Assembly: GCA_050331115.1 (NCBI GenBank)
Contig: JBHJHD010000085.1
Location: forward strand, 8,093 to 72,092
Length of the DNA stretch: 64,000 bases
Direction of reading: 5' to 3'
Origin: Elainellaceae cyanobacterium
GTDB taxonomy: Bacteria; Cyanobacteriota; Cyanobacteriia; CAKZMO01
Part shown: positions 17,981-27,042 of the stretch, one piece after another
How positions within the stretch are numbered: the stretch's first letter is position 1
Layout of the letters: every line of letters begins with the position of its first letter
Made by a program: the position numbers and the translations under genes
Notes under the pieces: model-generated
Database searches by the model: none
What the model was told of the DNA's origin: nothing
The model's input: only the letters and a program-made list of their open reading frames with translations

Positions 17981-19108
17981 ATGAGAGTAATTGAAGACTT
18001 AGAGCATCAGTGGCGATCGCGTTTGCAGGCTGAGCTGCCGGAGCAGTCTCCCCGCGATCGCGACAGTATCGTAATTTGGCTGCTGGGAGAAACAGCGGAC
18101 CAGCTAGAAAACGCCTCAGGAGACTACCGGCGCGTGCTGCAGCAGGCGATGGACTACCGCTATCGCATCTTGTGCAAGCGCTACTTAAATACCCCTCAGA
18201 GCCGCGCCTATCAGCAGCTGATTAACCGCCTAAGCAGCCTGTTTGTGGTCCGCAATAAAGTACGCACTTGGATATCTCTATCGCGGGATCGCGGCAGCAG
18301 TGTGGCAGAGGTCCTGCAGGAGGTGATCCAGGAGATGATTCAGAGCGATCGCCATATCCAGGAGCAGCTGCGCTTCATCGCTAAATGCGCCCCCGACCGG
18401 CGGCTTCGTAATGCGCTGATCTTGACGAGCATCGAGGAGTATTGTTTGCGCCCCATTCGCAATCAGCCGCTGCTGGTATACCGATTTGTCAACTATCTGC
18501 GGCGCTCCCAGCGTGGCGGCATGACGCAGGTGCCCGGCAAGAGCATGATTCGGATGATTTCGGAGGAGCAAAGCCCAGGGGACGGCGAGAACACCGTCAG
18601 CCTGCTGGACGACGAGGCCATTACGCAGTATCAGGACTCAAACTTTTGGCGAGAGCAGCAAACCCTGCGCTACAGCGTTAAGGAAGAGTTCAAAACCTAT
18701 CTTGAGCAGACGCTGGGTCAGGAGGCGGTTGAATGGCTACATCTGCACCTTCAGGGTCTTACTCAAGAGGCGATCGCCCAGCAGATGCAGATGCCCATCA
18801 AGCAGGTCTATCGCTTGAGGGAGAAAATCACCTACCACGCCGTGCGGGTCTTTTGCACTAAGCGTAAGTCTGATTTAGTAATGGCTTGGCTGGGCACTTC
18901 TCTAAGGGAGCACAGCTTCGGGCTTTTGCCTGACCAGTGGCAGCAATTCTGGGATGGCCTCACGGCAGCTCAGCGTTCGCTGGTGTCAGATCTAAAGGCA
19001 GGCAAATCTTTTGACAATGCGGCCCAGGAGCGCGATCTTACCTTGGCTCAGGTGTTGAGCGAGTGGAACAAGCTGTATCTTGCGGCTCAAAACATTCGAA
19101 CCGGCTAG
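17981..19108 (+). CDS. HetZ-related protein
   Basis: 375 aa. The C-terminal half LHLQGLTQEAIAQQMQMPIKQVYRLREKITYHAVRVF......WLGTSLREHSFGLLPDQWQQFWDGLTAAQRSLVSDLKAGKSFDNAAQERDLTLAQVLSEWNKLYLAAQNIR parallels, from my memory of Anabaena HetZ, the segment (..LSAQEIESILGLTPRQRDYLQQRFKYH...GLTPQQWQVY...QRSLLELKQQG...). No alignment was run. Confidence 0.6.
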   Translation: MRVIEDLEHQWRSRLQAELPEQSPRDRDSIVIWLLGETADQLENASGDYRRVLQQAMDYRYRILCKRYLNTPQSRAYQQLINRLSSLFVVRNKVRTWISLSRDRGSSVAEVLQEVIQEMIQSDRHIQEQLRFIAKCAPDRRLRNALILTSIEEYCLRPIRNQPLLVYRFVNYLRRSQRGGMTQVPGKSMIRMISEEQSPGDGENTVSLLDDEAITQYQDSNFWREQQTLRYSVKEEFKTYLEQTLGQEAVEWLHLHLQGLTQEAIAQQMQMPIKQVYRLREKITYHAVRVFCTKRKSDLVMAWLGTSLREHSFGLLPDQWQQFWDGLTAAQRSLVSDLKAGKSFDNAAQERDLTLAQVLSEWNKLYLAAQNIRTG

Positions 19109-19251
19109 CTTCATAAGCTATGCCCTCAAATTTATCGCTTCAAAATCTGTCATCCGTACTGCATAATAGCGCCAAAGCCCGCCAAAGCAGATGTGTTAGC
19201 CTTTGCATATTGGGGCTTGGATGAGCGACTATTAGGGCCAAAACCTAGGCT

Positions 19252-20670
19252 ATGGATTACCAGCAGCTAATGGACCGTCTCTATTCGGAGCTTTCCGATA
19301 AAGAGATGGCTAAGCGCGTCAACGTTGAGCAAATGTTCACCTTGATCGAAAACGTGCTCCCCGTTGAAATCTGCCTGCACCATCAAATACTTCCCCTGTT
19401 TCTAGACGGGAGGCATCTGCATTTGGGCATGGTCTGCTTGGTCGACACCGCAGCATATGAGTACGCCCGGCGAATTATTGCCTATCTCAACTACTCACTG
19501 ATTAAGCAGCCCATCTCTGCCAAAGCTCTGCAGATTGCGCTGTCGTCTTACTTAAAGCATCACGCCGCTGACGTGCCTAGCAGCCAAGCTTCACGGCGAT
19601 CGCCCGAAAAGCCGATTGCGACGCCCCAGTCCGGGGTTACCGCTGCGGTGAGTAGTTCACCCCCGAGAGATCCACCAGCCGCCCCAAAACCGCGCAACAG
19701 TGTAGAACCGGCCGAACTTCCGCCGCCCGCTACGTGGCCTTCTCAACGCAAGCAGCGCAAGCAGCGCAAGCAGCAGCCCGCGCCAAAATCCAAGAGCACC
19801 CCAAAACCCGCCATCAGCTCTGAGCAAGAGACCTACATCGTAGATAGGCCGGAGACTTTAGACGAAGCTTATCTCCCCTCGGAAATTCAGCTTCGAGACG
19901 GCTCTTCTCCCCCAGCGTTGTCTAGCACCGCTGAGCAGAATATCCCAAAGGCGGCTACCCAAAAAGATTCAAGCCACCCGCCGAGCCGGCCAGGGTCCCC
20001 CCCGCCGGCCCTTGCCCTCGATATTCGGCACCCCGAGCTGCCCTTTGAACGACTGACAGAGCTCTCGCCCCAGCATTTACTGCCTGAACTCTTAGGCCGG
20101 GTACTCATCGGGAATATCAGCCGGCTTTACTTTGAGCATCAGCCCGAGCACGGCCGCATTTTGTGGAGCGACAGCGGTGTCCTGCGGTCGGCTATCGACC
20201 CAATTGATAAAGCGCAGCTCCAGGGGGTGGTGAGCGAGCTCAAACACGTGATGCAGCTCCCGCTTATGCCAAGCCAAAGGGCTAGCCACGCTGAACTGGA
20301 GTATACCTACGGTCATTCGGCGGTGCTGCTGCGGATGCGGACAACGGTCGGTCAGCATGGCGAGAACGCCACGCTGCAGGTGCTGCAGGGCGCGACGCTC
20401 AAGTTCTATCAGCGTCAGCAGGTGGCGCGCCTGGGGCAAGACGCTATCGACGCGGCTAAGCAGGTGCAGCTCAAGGTCAGCGAGCTGAGAAGCCGCATGG
20501 CGGCGCTGCCCGAGGGCGCTAACGCGCCTGAGGTACTCGCGGACCTCGCCCAGATTTTGCGTAGCCTGGGTCAGCAGGTGAATACGCTACAGCACCCTGA
20601 AGCGTCACCCCAGTCTGCCCAAGCAGTGCCAAATCAAGCTGCGTCAAATCCGGCTAGCCCGGCCCCGTAG
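19252..20670 (+). CDS. GspE/PilB-like protein with N1 (MshEN/T2SSE_N) and N2 domains but no ATPase core
   Basis: N-terminus LPVEICLHHQILPLFLDGRHLHLGMVCLVDTAAYEYARRII is T2SSE_N-like. A ~170-aa Pro/Ser/Gln-rich linker follows. C-terminus ISRLYFEHQPEHGRILWSDSGVLRS...VVSELKHVMQLPL.......LLRMRTTVGQHGENATLQVLQG follows the GspE N2 pattern (DIHIEP...RIRFRVDGVL...SRVKVMAKLDI...VRVST.P...GE..V.RLL). There is no GPTGSGKT Walker A before the stop. Confidence 0.65.
   Translation: MDYQQLMDRLYSELSDKEMAKRVNVEQMFTLIENVLPVEICLHHQILPLFLDGRHLHLGMVCLVDTAAYEYARRIIAYLNYSLIKQPISAKALQIALSSYLKHHAADVPSSQASRRSPEKPIATPQSGVTAAVSSSPPRDPPAAPKPRNSVEPAELPPPATWPSQRKQRKQRKQQPAPKSKSTPKPAISSEQETYIVDRPETLDEAYLPSEIQLRDGSSPPALSSTAEQNIPKAATQKDSSHPPSRPGSPPPALALDIRHPELPFERLTELSPQHLLPELLGRVLIGNISRLYFEHQPEHGRILWSDSGVLRSAIDPIDKAQLQGVVSELKHVMQLPLMPSQRASHAELEYTYGHSAVLLRMRTTVGQHGENATLQVLQGATLKFYQRQQVARLGQDAIDAAKQVQLKVSELRSRMAALPEGANAPEVLADLAQILRSLGQQVNTLQHPEASPQSAQAVPNQAASNPASPAP
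19747..19773 (+). repeat. In-frame 9-nt tandem repeat x3 (QRK)
   Basis: CGCAAGCAG x3. Confidence 0.95.
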
Positions 20671-20701
20671 TTCGCCTCAGCGATCAGCAGCCGACGCTGA
20701 C

Positions 20702-21757
20702 CTAAACCGCCACCGGAGAAAGGGGCCACCGCCCTATCGCCTTACCCACCACCGATAAACGTTCCACCAGCTGAGTGAACTGCTCCGGTGTCAGCGACTG
20801 TGCACCGTCCGATAGCGCTTTGGGCGGGTTGGGGTGCACTTCAATCATCAGGGCGTCAGCGCCCACGGCAACGGCGGCGGTAGCCATGTCGGGCACGTAA
20901 TGTGCCCAGCCCGTGCCGTGGCTGGGGTCAATCATGATGGGCAGATGGGTGAGCGATCGCAGCACCGGCACCACAGACAGATCCAGAGTGTTGCGGGTAT
21001 AGCTGCGGTCGAAGGTGCGAATACCGCGCTCGCAGAGGATGACGTTGGGATTACCGGCCGCCAGGACATATTCTGAGGCCATCAGCCACTCATCAATGGT
21101 GGCCGACATGCCCCGCTTGAGCAGAACGGGTTTGTCCTGCGCCCCCACCTTCTTGAGCAGAGCAAAGTTTTGCATGTTGCGCGCCCCCACCTGCAGCACG
21201 TCCGCCACCTCGGCAATTTTCTCCACGTCGGCGGTGTCCATCACCTCGGTAATGATGCCCAGCCCGCTGGCCGCCCGAGCGGCCGCCAGCAAATGCAGGG
21301 CGCTTTCGCCGTGACCCTGAAAGGCATAGGGGGAGGTGCGGGGCTTGTAGGCTCCACCACGCAGAAACTGAGCGCCAGCGGCCTTCACCCGCTGCGCCGT
21401 CTCAATAATCATGGCTTCGTCTTCCACCGAGCAGGGACCCGCCACCAAAACCAGCGGCTGGTTCTCGCCAAAGGCGACGGGGCCGTCGGGAGTATTGACC
21501 AGCACGTCGCTGGCCTCGCCGTGGCGGTACTCACGGCTGGCGCGCTTGAAGGGCTTTTCGACCCGCAGCGCCTGCTCAATCCAGTCGCTCAAATCTTGAA
21601 GCTGCAGCGGATCGAGGTCAACTGTGTCACCCACTAGACCGATAACGGTCTTATGTTTGCCGACGATTTTCTCAGGCGTCAGCCCTTGGACTTCAAACTC
21701 GTCGGCTAGGCGCTTCACCTCGGCGTCAGGGGCTCCGGCCTTCATCACTATGATCAT
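20702..21757 (-). CDS. aroF: 3-deoxy-7-phosphoheptulonate (DAHP) synthase, type I-beta with an N-terminal ferredoxin-like regulatory domain
   Basis: 351 aa. [17 protein letters not shown]... regulatory domain. Catalytic motifs [23 protein letters not shown] and DPSHGTG. Confidence 0.9.
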   Translation of the reverse strand: MIIVMKAGAPDAEVKRLADEFEVQGLTPEKIVGKHKTVIGLVGDTVDLDPLQLQDLSDWIEQALRVEKPFKRASREYRHGEASDVLVNTPDGPVAFGENQPLVLVAGPCSVEDEAMIIETAQRVKAAGAQFLRGGAYKPRTSPYAFQGHGESALHLLAAARAASGLGIITEVMDTADVEKIAEVADVLQVGARNMQNFALLKKVGAQDKPVLLKRGMSATIDEWLMASEYVLAAGNPNVILCERGIRTFDRSYTRNTLDLSVVPVLRSLTHLPIMIDPSHGTGWAHYVPDMATAAVAVGADALMIEVHPNPPKALSDGAQSLTPEQFTQLVERLSVVGKAIGRWPLSPVAV

Positions 21758-21814
21758 GGCATTATTCTCCTCGCGTCTTTTGAAATGCTAGCGTTCTTTT
21801 CGCAGCCAGACCGC

Positions 21815-22402
21815 CTAGGAATTTTTAGACTGCTTAGCCTCTCGCCAGGAGCCGCGCATGCGGCCAAAGTTGAGGCGAAATTCTTTCCAGCCCAGCAGAC
21901 TGCCGACCTCACCGGTTTCTTCCCACGAGGCAGATAGCGCGCCGTAGCTCAGGCCCAAGACGCTGAGGCCGAAGAAACCAAGGCTAACCAGCAGGACGGC
22001 GATCGTCGGCAGACGAAATAGGTCCTGGCTGACGATGTAGTAGCTGGCAAAAAAGGTTGATATTCCCAACAGCATCGGTATCCCGGCGAGCAGCACCATG
22101 CGCTTCACCATGCGCTGGGTCACTTCTTCAGGGATGCCGCCTTTACTGCGAGGGGTGTTCTGGCTTTGGCGGGCGGTCTTTACCTTGGCCAGCTTTTCCT
22201 TAGCGGCCTGCACTCTGGCCGCCTTGACGCTGGCCCGCTTATCAATGGCGGCGGCCTTTGGAGCCGCTTCGTCACGGTCAGCCTTTGCAGCATCGGCATC
22301 GGCAGCCGCCTTGGCCTTCTTCTGGGAGCGCCGAGGCTCGAACGGCAGCCGCTCTTTCGAGGAAGCTTTGGACCGGTTGTCAGAGTTTTTCGAGCTCGCC
22401 AT
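21815..22402 (-). CDS. PAM68 family photosystem II assembly protein
   Basis: MASSKNSDNRSKASSKERLPFEP... basic N-terminus, then IPEEVTQRMVKRMVLLAGIPMLLG and two TM helices. ATG 22402 is preferred over the track start 22453. Confidence 0.75.
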   Translation of the reverse strand: MASSKNSDNRSKASSKERLPFEPRRSQKKAKAAADADAAKADRDEAAPKAAAIDKRASVKAARVQAAKEKLAKVKTARQSQNTPRSKGGIPEEVTQRMVKRMVLLAGIPMLLGISTFFASYYIVSQDLFRLPTIAVLLVSLGFFGLSVLGLSYGALSASWEETGEVGSLLGWKEFRLNFGRMRGSWREAKQSKNS

Positions 22403-22485
22403 GGGTAAATCGCACCTGAAGTAATCCGGCACTGCGTCAGGACAAAGATTCAACTGCGGGGAGGCCGCTATCTACGCCGTAGTTC

Positions 22486-22755
22486 CTATCCGCGGATGCC
22501 CAGACGCTTGATGAGGTCGCGGTAGCGCTGCTGATCCTGCTTAATGATGTAGCTGAGCAGCCGCTTGCGCTGGCCGATCATTTTCAGCAGGCCCCGGCGG
22601 GACGAAAAATCTTTTTTGTTGGTTTTCAGGTGGGCGCTGAGGAGGTTGATGCGCTCGGTGAGCATCGCCACTTGAACATCAGCGGACCCCGTGTCGGTCT
22701 CGTGAATCTGATATTCGTTGATCAGTTCCTGCTTTTTTTCTTGAACAAGTGCCAT
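22486..22755 (-). CDS. rpsO: 30S ribosomal protein S15
   Basis: 89 aa. ...[49 protein letters not shown]. Confidence 0.97.
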   Translation of the reverse strand: MALVQEKKQELINEYQIHETDTGSADVQVAMLTERINLLSAHLKTNKKDFSSRRGLLKMIGQRKRLLSYIIKQDQQRYRDLIKRLGIRG

Positions 22756-22855
22756 AGATTTGAGCTAGTTTTCTGCGCTAAGTCACGAATGGTCGTCAAA
22801 TGACCATCGAAATACATACGAACGGTCCGGTCAACCATACTATCATAGCCTTCCG

Positions 22856-23482
22856 CTATTGACTCAGCCAGGCGATCGCCTCTCGAATCCAATCTCCGGC
22901 GTCGGCGGTTTTGGAGAGGGCCGTCGCCTGACCCACCGCCTGCAGGGCGCGGGCGATTTCGCCGGGGGAGTAGCCCAGGGCCAGCAGGGTCATTTCCACA
23001 TCTTCCTGCACAGTGCCCACTGGGGCCGCCTCAGGCACCGAGACAAGCCCCGCCTGCTCCCGCCATTCCGCCAGCTTGGTTTTTAGCTCTAAAGAAATCC
23101 GCTCAGCGGTTTTTGGCCCCACTCCCGGCGTTTTCGCGAGCAGCCGGGTTTTACCGCCGACGATCGCCTGCACCAAGTCGGAGAGCGCAAAGGTATCAAG
23201 CAGGGCAACCGCAAGCTGGGGGCCAATGCCGCTGACGGCCACGAGCTGACGGAACAGGTCGCGCTGGGCGGCAGCGCCAAAGCCGTAGAGCAAGATTTGG
23301 TCTTCGCGTACCTGCTGATGGGTAAAGATCTGGGCTTCTTCCCCCACCTCGGGCAGCTCGCGCACCATGCGGGGTAAAATCTGCAGCTCATAGCCCACGC
23401 GGTTAACGTCTAGCACTAGGAGGACCTTGGCGCTGCCGATTTTTTGAATGCTGATGATGGTACCGCGCAGGTAGCTGAGCAT
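22856..23482 (-). CDS. ruvA: Holliday junction branch migration protein RuvA
   Basis: MLSYLRGTI...GYELQI...LLYGF....RDLFRQLVAVSGIGPQLAVALL...LAKTPGVGPKTAERI (HhH motifs). Confidence 0.93.
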   Translation of the reverse strand: MLSYLRGTIISIQKIGSAKVLLVLDVNRVGYELQILPRMVRELPEVGEEAQIFTHQQVREDQILLYGFGAAAQRDLFRQLVAVSGIGPQLAVALLDTFALSDLVQAIVGGKTRLLAKTPGVGPKTAERISLELKTKLAEWREQAGLVSVPEAAPVGTVQEDVEMTLLALGYSPGEIARALQAVGQATALSKTADAGDWIREAIAWLSQ

Positions 23483-23505
23483 AGACTGAACATAAGATAA
23501 ATAGG

Positions 23506-24264
23506 CTAATCAGCACTTTGTAAAAAGCCGAAGTGCTTTAGGCCTTCTAGGATACCGCCTGCGCAGGAGGCCTGAGCAAGATAGACATCCGAGGACGCTT
23601 CGCGCTGGTGCCACTCCCGCAGCTCGTCGCGGGCGTTGCCGACAATGATGCCCTTGGCGTTTGCGGCCTGGAACATCGACAGATCGTTACCAGAATCGCC
23701 GCAGACGACGGTGCTTTGCTGGGGCATGCCCAGCCGCTGCTGCAGAAAGGCGACGGCAGCGCCCTTGTTGCCGCGCTTGGGCAAAATGTCGAGGTCTTTG
23801 CCGCTGCTGTAAACCAGCTGGATCTCTAGGCCTTTTTGGGTGAGCGCGCCCTTGAGCTGGGGCAGCAGCTCGTCTGCGATCGCCGCCTGAAGAAAATAGC
23901 TGGCCTTGTGGGGCGTCTGCTCTGAGTCGGGCTGGGGCACTAGGTCAGAGAAGTGCGCCGTTGTGGCGACGACAGCCTCTCGGTCCCAGCCGTCGGAGAG
24001 AATATTAGACCACTCGGCGTCGGGCCCATCGCTGCCGCCGGGGTAGATGAGGGTGCCCACCGAGAGCACCGTGAAGTCGGGCTCAATCATGTCTTGCTCT
24101 TGGCGGAGCTGTTTGTATAAGGTAGGCGATCGCCCTGTGGAATACACAATCAACGTGCCGTGCTGCTTGCGGTGCGCCGAGAGCTGCTGGTTCAGTTCGG
24201 CTAAGGCGACGCTATCCCCAACGAGGGTGTTGTCGAGATCGGTGATGAACATAAATTTAGACAC
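23506..24264 (-). CDS. spp: Sucrose-phosphate phosphatase (HAD-IIB)
   Basis: 252 aa. HAD motifs FITDLDNTLVG, VYSTGRS and GDSGNDLSMF. Size and sequence pattern match a cyanobacterial stand-alone SPP. Confidence 0.75.
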   Translation of the reverse strand: MSKFMFITDLDNTLVGDSVALAELNQQLSAHRKQHGTLIVYSTGRSPTLYKQLRQEQDMIEPDFTVLSVGTLIYPGGSDGPDAEWSNILSDGWDREAVVATTAHFSDLVPQPDSEQTPHKASYFLQAAIADELLPQLKGALTQKGLEIQLVYSSGKDLDILPKRGNKGAAVAFLQQRLGMPQQSTVVCGDSGNDLSMFQAANAKGIIVGNARDELREWHQREASSDVYLAQASCAGGILEGLKHFGFLQSAD

Positions 24265-24312
24265 GGCTTCTCCTCCCTTTCCCCACCTTTGAGTTTAGGA
24301 GAGGATGTCCTG

Positions 24313-24367
24313 ATTGCAATGGGGGGAAGCAGACTTTTGCAGCGAATCTGCTTTTCCCCATTGCAAT
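24313..24367. repeat. Long imperfect inverted repeat: 21-bp stem, 13-nt loop
   Basis: ATTGCAATGGGGGGAAGCAGA cttttgcagcgaa TCTGCTTTTCCCCATTGCAAT. The only two non-Watson-Crick positions are G.T (G.U in plus-strand RNA, C.A in minus-strand RNA). Confidence 0.9.
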
Positions 24368-24409
24368 TAGCAATATATCTCAGACTAAGATCAGCCTTAT
24401 ACCCTATGG

Positions 24410-24760
24410 CTATAGGGAAAGGTAGTAAATTTGGCCATCCAAATCCTCGGCCACACCACACTCTAGGATGATAAAGATATCTTCTATTACCTTTCCCACT
24501 GGGACATCCATAGGAATTTCAATTACTCCTGGCATAGCGAGGTCGTTGACCAACCTTTCATAGGCGTAGCGCGTGATGGTTGCTACGTCATGAGTCAGCA
24601 AAATGCGCCCCTGCTCGGCAGCCCATGCAAGTACCGTAGGATCGTCCGCTCCCGAGAGCCCAATGTCTTGGATGCGGATAATATCAGTGTCTAGATTTCG
24701 GCGCAGCAACCCTCGGATGATTGTGTTGTCTAGATTCTCATCAGCCAGCAGCTGGATCAT
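24410..24760 (-). CDS. DUF5615-family PIN-like putative toxin
   Basis: MIQLLADENLDNTIIRGLLRR..DTDIIRIQDIGLSGADDPTVLAWAAEQGRILLTHD. The ATG overlaps the upstream stop (ATGA, 24757-24760). Confidence 0.75.
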   Translation of the reverse strand: MIQLLADENLDNTIIRGLLRRNLDTDIIRIQDIGLSGADDPTVLAWAAEQGRILLTHDVATITRYAYERLVNDLAMPGVIEIPMDVPVGKVIEDIFIILECGVAEDLDGQIYYLSL

Positions 24761-25092
24761 GCTCGCCGTTCAACTTGACGGGAGAGTAGACGGTCTCGCA
24801 AGCCCTGCGGGTCGAATCGAGACTGATTCGTCTGACGAACTTCTGCTGCTTGCTGCTGGCGCTGCTTGAGATATGCTTCGACATCCTGCTGATGGTTGAG
24901 ATAGAACGCAATCGAAGCGTAGACATCGCCTAATTTAAGAGAGGGATATCGGTGAGCAATTTCCTCTGCCGTTGCCCCCTGTTTAAATACGGCGACAAGG
25001 GTGTCTAAGGTAACCCTTGTTTTTCCAACGAGAACAACGTCGTCAGCGTTCGCGGTTAGCGGTGCAGGTTCCGCCGAGATTGCAAGAGCCAT
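24757..25092 (-). CDS. DUF433-family putative antitoxin
   Basis: VGKTRVTLDTLVAVFKQGATAEEIAHRYPSLKLGDVYASIAFYLNHQ is the DUF433 pattern. Confidence 0.75.
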   Translation of the reverse strand: MALAISAEPAPLTANADDVVLVGKTRVTLDTLVAVFKQGATAEEIAHRYPSLKLGDVYASIAFYLNHQQDVEAYLKQRQQQAAEVRQTNQSRFDPQGLRDRLLSRQVERRA

Positions 25093-25177
25093 AGCAAGAA
25101 CTTAAAAGTGCGCTGTCCTTGATCTTATCAGTTCAAAACGCGGTAAAACCAGATTGTGGTTTTGTGCCCGAGCCCCC

Positions 25178-26155
25178 ATGCAAAATATTCAAGCGTTTCT
25201 AGAGCAGCTCTACCAGCGTTACCAAAGCCTAAACGACGGCAAGCTGGCGAGCTACATCCCTGAGCTAGAAAAAGCCAGCCCGGACTGGTTTGGCATCAGC
25301 ATCGTCACGGTAGACGGACAGGTGTTTCAGGTGGGGGATGTGGAGCAGCTGTTTACTATCCAGTCGATTTCCAAAGTGTTTGTGTATGGCCTAGCGCTGG
25401 AGGAGCAGGGGCGGGCGGGGCTACTAAAGCGCGTGGGGGTGGAGCCTACCGGAGACCCGTTCAACTCCATTATTCGCCTGGATGAAAGCTCGAAGCGGCC
25501 CGACAACCCGATGATCAACGCCGGAGCGATCGCCACCACGAGCTTGATCAAAGGCAGTGACCCCACTACGCGCCTTAACCAGGTGCTGGAGATGTTTAGT
25601 CGCTACGTGGGGCACCCCGTGTTTATCGACGTCTCGGTGTTTATGTCTGAGCGCACGACGGGCCACCGCAACCGGGCTATGGCCCACCTGATGCTCAACT
25701 TTGGCATGATCGAAGATAACTTGGACGAGGCGCTAGATCTATATTTTCAGCAGTGCTCGGTGCTGGTGAATGCTTATGATCTGGCGCTGATGGCGGCGAC
25801 GCTGGCGAACCAGGGCATCAACCCAGTCACCCATGTCCAGGCGATTCAGCCCGACTATATCCGGGACATCTTGAGCGTGATGTATACCTGCGGCATGTAC
25901 AACTTTGCTGGGGAGTGGGCCTACCGGGTGGGGATTCCGGCCAAGAGCGGCGTCTCCGGCGGCATTATGGCGGTTGTGCCGGGACAGGCGGGAATCGCGG
26001 TATTTTCGCCGCTGCTAGATGAGCGGGGCAACAGCGTGCGCGCCGTGCGCGTGTTTGAGGAGCTGACGGCGGAGTATGGCTTCCACGTGTTTGACCTGTC
26101 GCTGGGGCGGTGTCGGCTTGCGCAGGCGATCGCTAGCGGCGCTGAGCCAGATTAG
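25178..26155 (+). CDS. glsA: Glutaminase A
   Basis: [26 protein letters not shown]...[10 protein letters not shown]...NPMINAGAI...[13 protein letters not shown] 25178 is preferred over TTG 25154. Confidence 0.92.
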   Translation: MQNIQAFLEQLYQRYQSLNDGKLASYIPELEKASPDWFGISIVTVDGQVFQVGDVEQLFTIQSISKVFVYGLALEEQGRAGLLKRVGVEPTGDPFNSIIRLDESSKRPDNPMINAGAIATTSLIKGSDPTTRLNQVLEMFSRYVGHPVFIDVSVFMSERTTGHRNRAMAHLMLNFGMIEDNLDEALDLYFQQCSVLVNAYDLALMAATLANQGINPVTHVQAIQPDYIRDILSVMYTCGMYNFAGEWAYRVGIPAKSGVSGGIMAVVPGQAGIAVFSPLLDERGNSVRAVRVFEELTAEYGFHVFDLSLGRCRLAQAIASGAEPD

Positions 26156-26186
26156 CAGGCTGTAGGCTGACAGCGCTGCAGCAGGT

Positions 26187-26825
26187 TTAGTGGGGTTTCA
26201 GAAGCCAGACGCTTTCTTTTGCCGGACACTCTCCTTTCAGGCCGTTAAGAACATCAGCGCTTGCCAGAAGGGATATATCGTAGCTGGCGCTGTAGTGCTG
26301 TTCAACTTCCTCGCGGCCGATTGAAAACGGCGGACCTGCCATGGCGCTCTGGTCGTATTCAAAGGTGATCAGCAGCTGCGGCGCGTTGTTCGTGATGTCG
26401 GTTAGGTGAGCGGTATATCGGTTGCGGATTTCTTGAGGGAGGGCGACTAAGGCAGCGCGATCGTAGCTGGCGTTGACCGGGCCGAGCGCTTCTTTAGAGA
26501 CATCGAAAATGTTGCCCACAAAAATATCGACATCTTTGGCGCTGTAGCGCTTTGCTTTTCCGGCTGTTGATAGCTCCGGCTCCACCCCCAGCTCGTCGAA
26601 CAGCTTCTCAACGGCCATTTCAACCAGTTCAGCCCCGGCAACCCGATAGCCTTCGGAAAGCAGCCAGGCGATGTCGAGGGTTTTACCGCACAGGGGGACG
26701 AAGATGCGATCGCCCTTCGCTAGAGACAGCTGCTCGAAGTATTTGACCAGCGCGGGGTTGGCTTCGCTTTTATGGAAGGCAATGCTGTTTTGCTTCCATT
26801 TCTGATTCCAGAAACTTGGGTCCAT
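26187..26825 (-). CDS. tpm: Thiopurine S-methyltransferase (TPMT) family SAM-dependent methyltransferase
   Basis: FWNQKWKQNSIAFHKSEANPALVKYF......RIFVPLCGKTLDIAWLLSEGYRVAGAELVEMAV. Confidence 0.85.
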   Translation of the reverse strand: MDPSFWNQKWKQNSIAFHKSEANPALVKYFEQLSLAKGDRIFVPLCGKTLDIAWLLSEGYRVAGAELVEMAVEKLFDELGVEPELSTAGKAKRYSAKDVDIFVGNIFDVSKEALGPVNASYDRAALVALPQEIRNRYTAHLTDITNNAPQLLITFEYDQSAMAGPPFSIGREEVEQHYSASYDISLLASADVLNGLKGECPAKESVWLLKPH

Positions 26826-26965
26826 GGTTACTCCTTAATCATTCCAAGATACAGCTGCTTGGAGGCTTCAGAGCTGCGTATCCGGAGAATAGGCCTGCCG
26901 ATAGCTGCCTTAAGCGACCGGGCCAGCGCAACAGGTTTGAGGCAGCCGGCTGGCCCAAGCGGCAG

Positions 26966-27013
26966 AAAAAAAGGGCCTGCTGGCGCAGCGGTCTACGCTG
27001 TGCCAACAGGCCC
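26966..27013 (-). terminator. Rho-independent terminator after hupE
   Basis: Minus strand reads GGGCCTGTTGGCACAGCG-tagac-CGCTGCGCCAGCAGGCCC followed by TTTTTTT. The stem is 18 bp with one wobble and one mismatch. Confidence 0.75.
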
Positions 27014-27042
27014 CATACCCAGGTTCAAACTTGATGTGATGA

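Noticed and set aside
19085-19105. GGTTCGAAT (minus strand), and GGTTCAATCC at about 28186-28200, as possible tRNA T-loops.
   Set aside because: The flanking bases cannot form a T-stem or the rest of a cloverleaf. The first lies inside the HetZ-like coding region and the second spans the cynS start.
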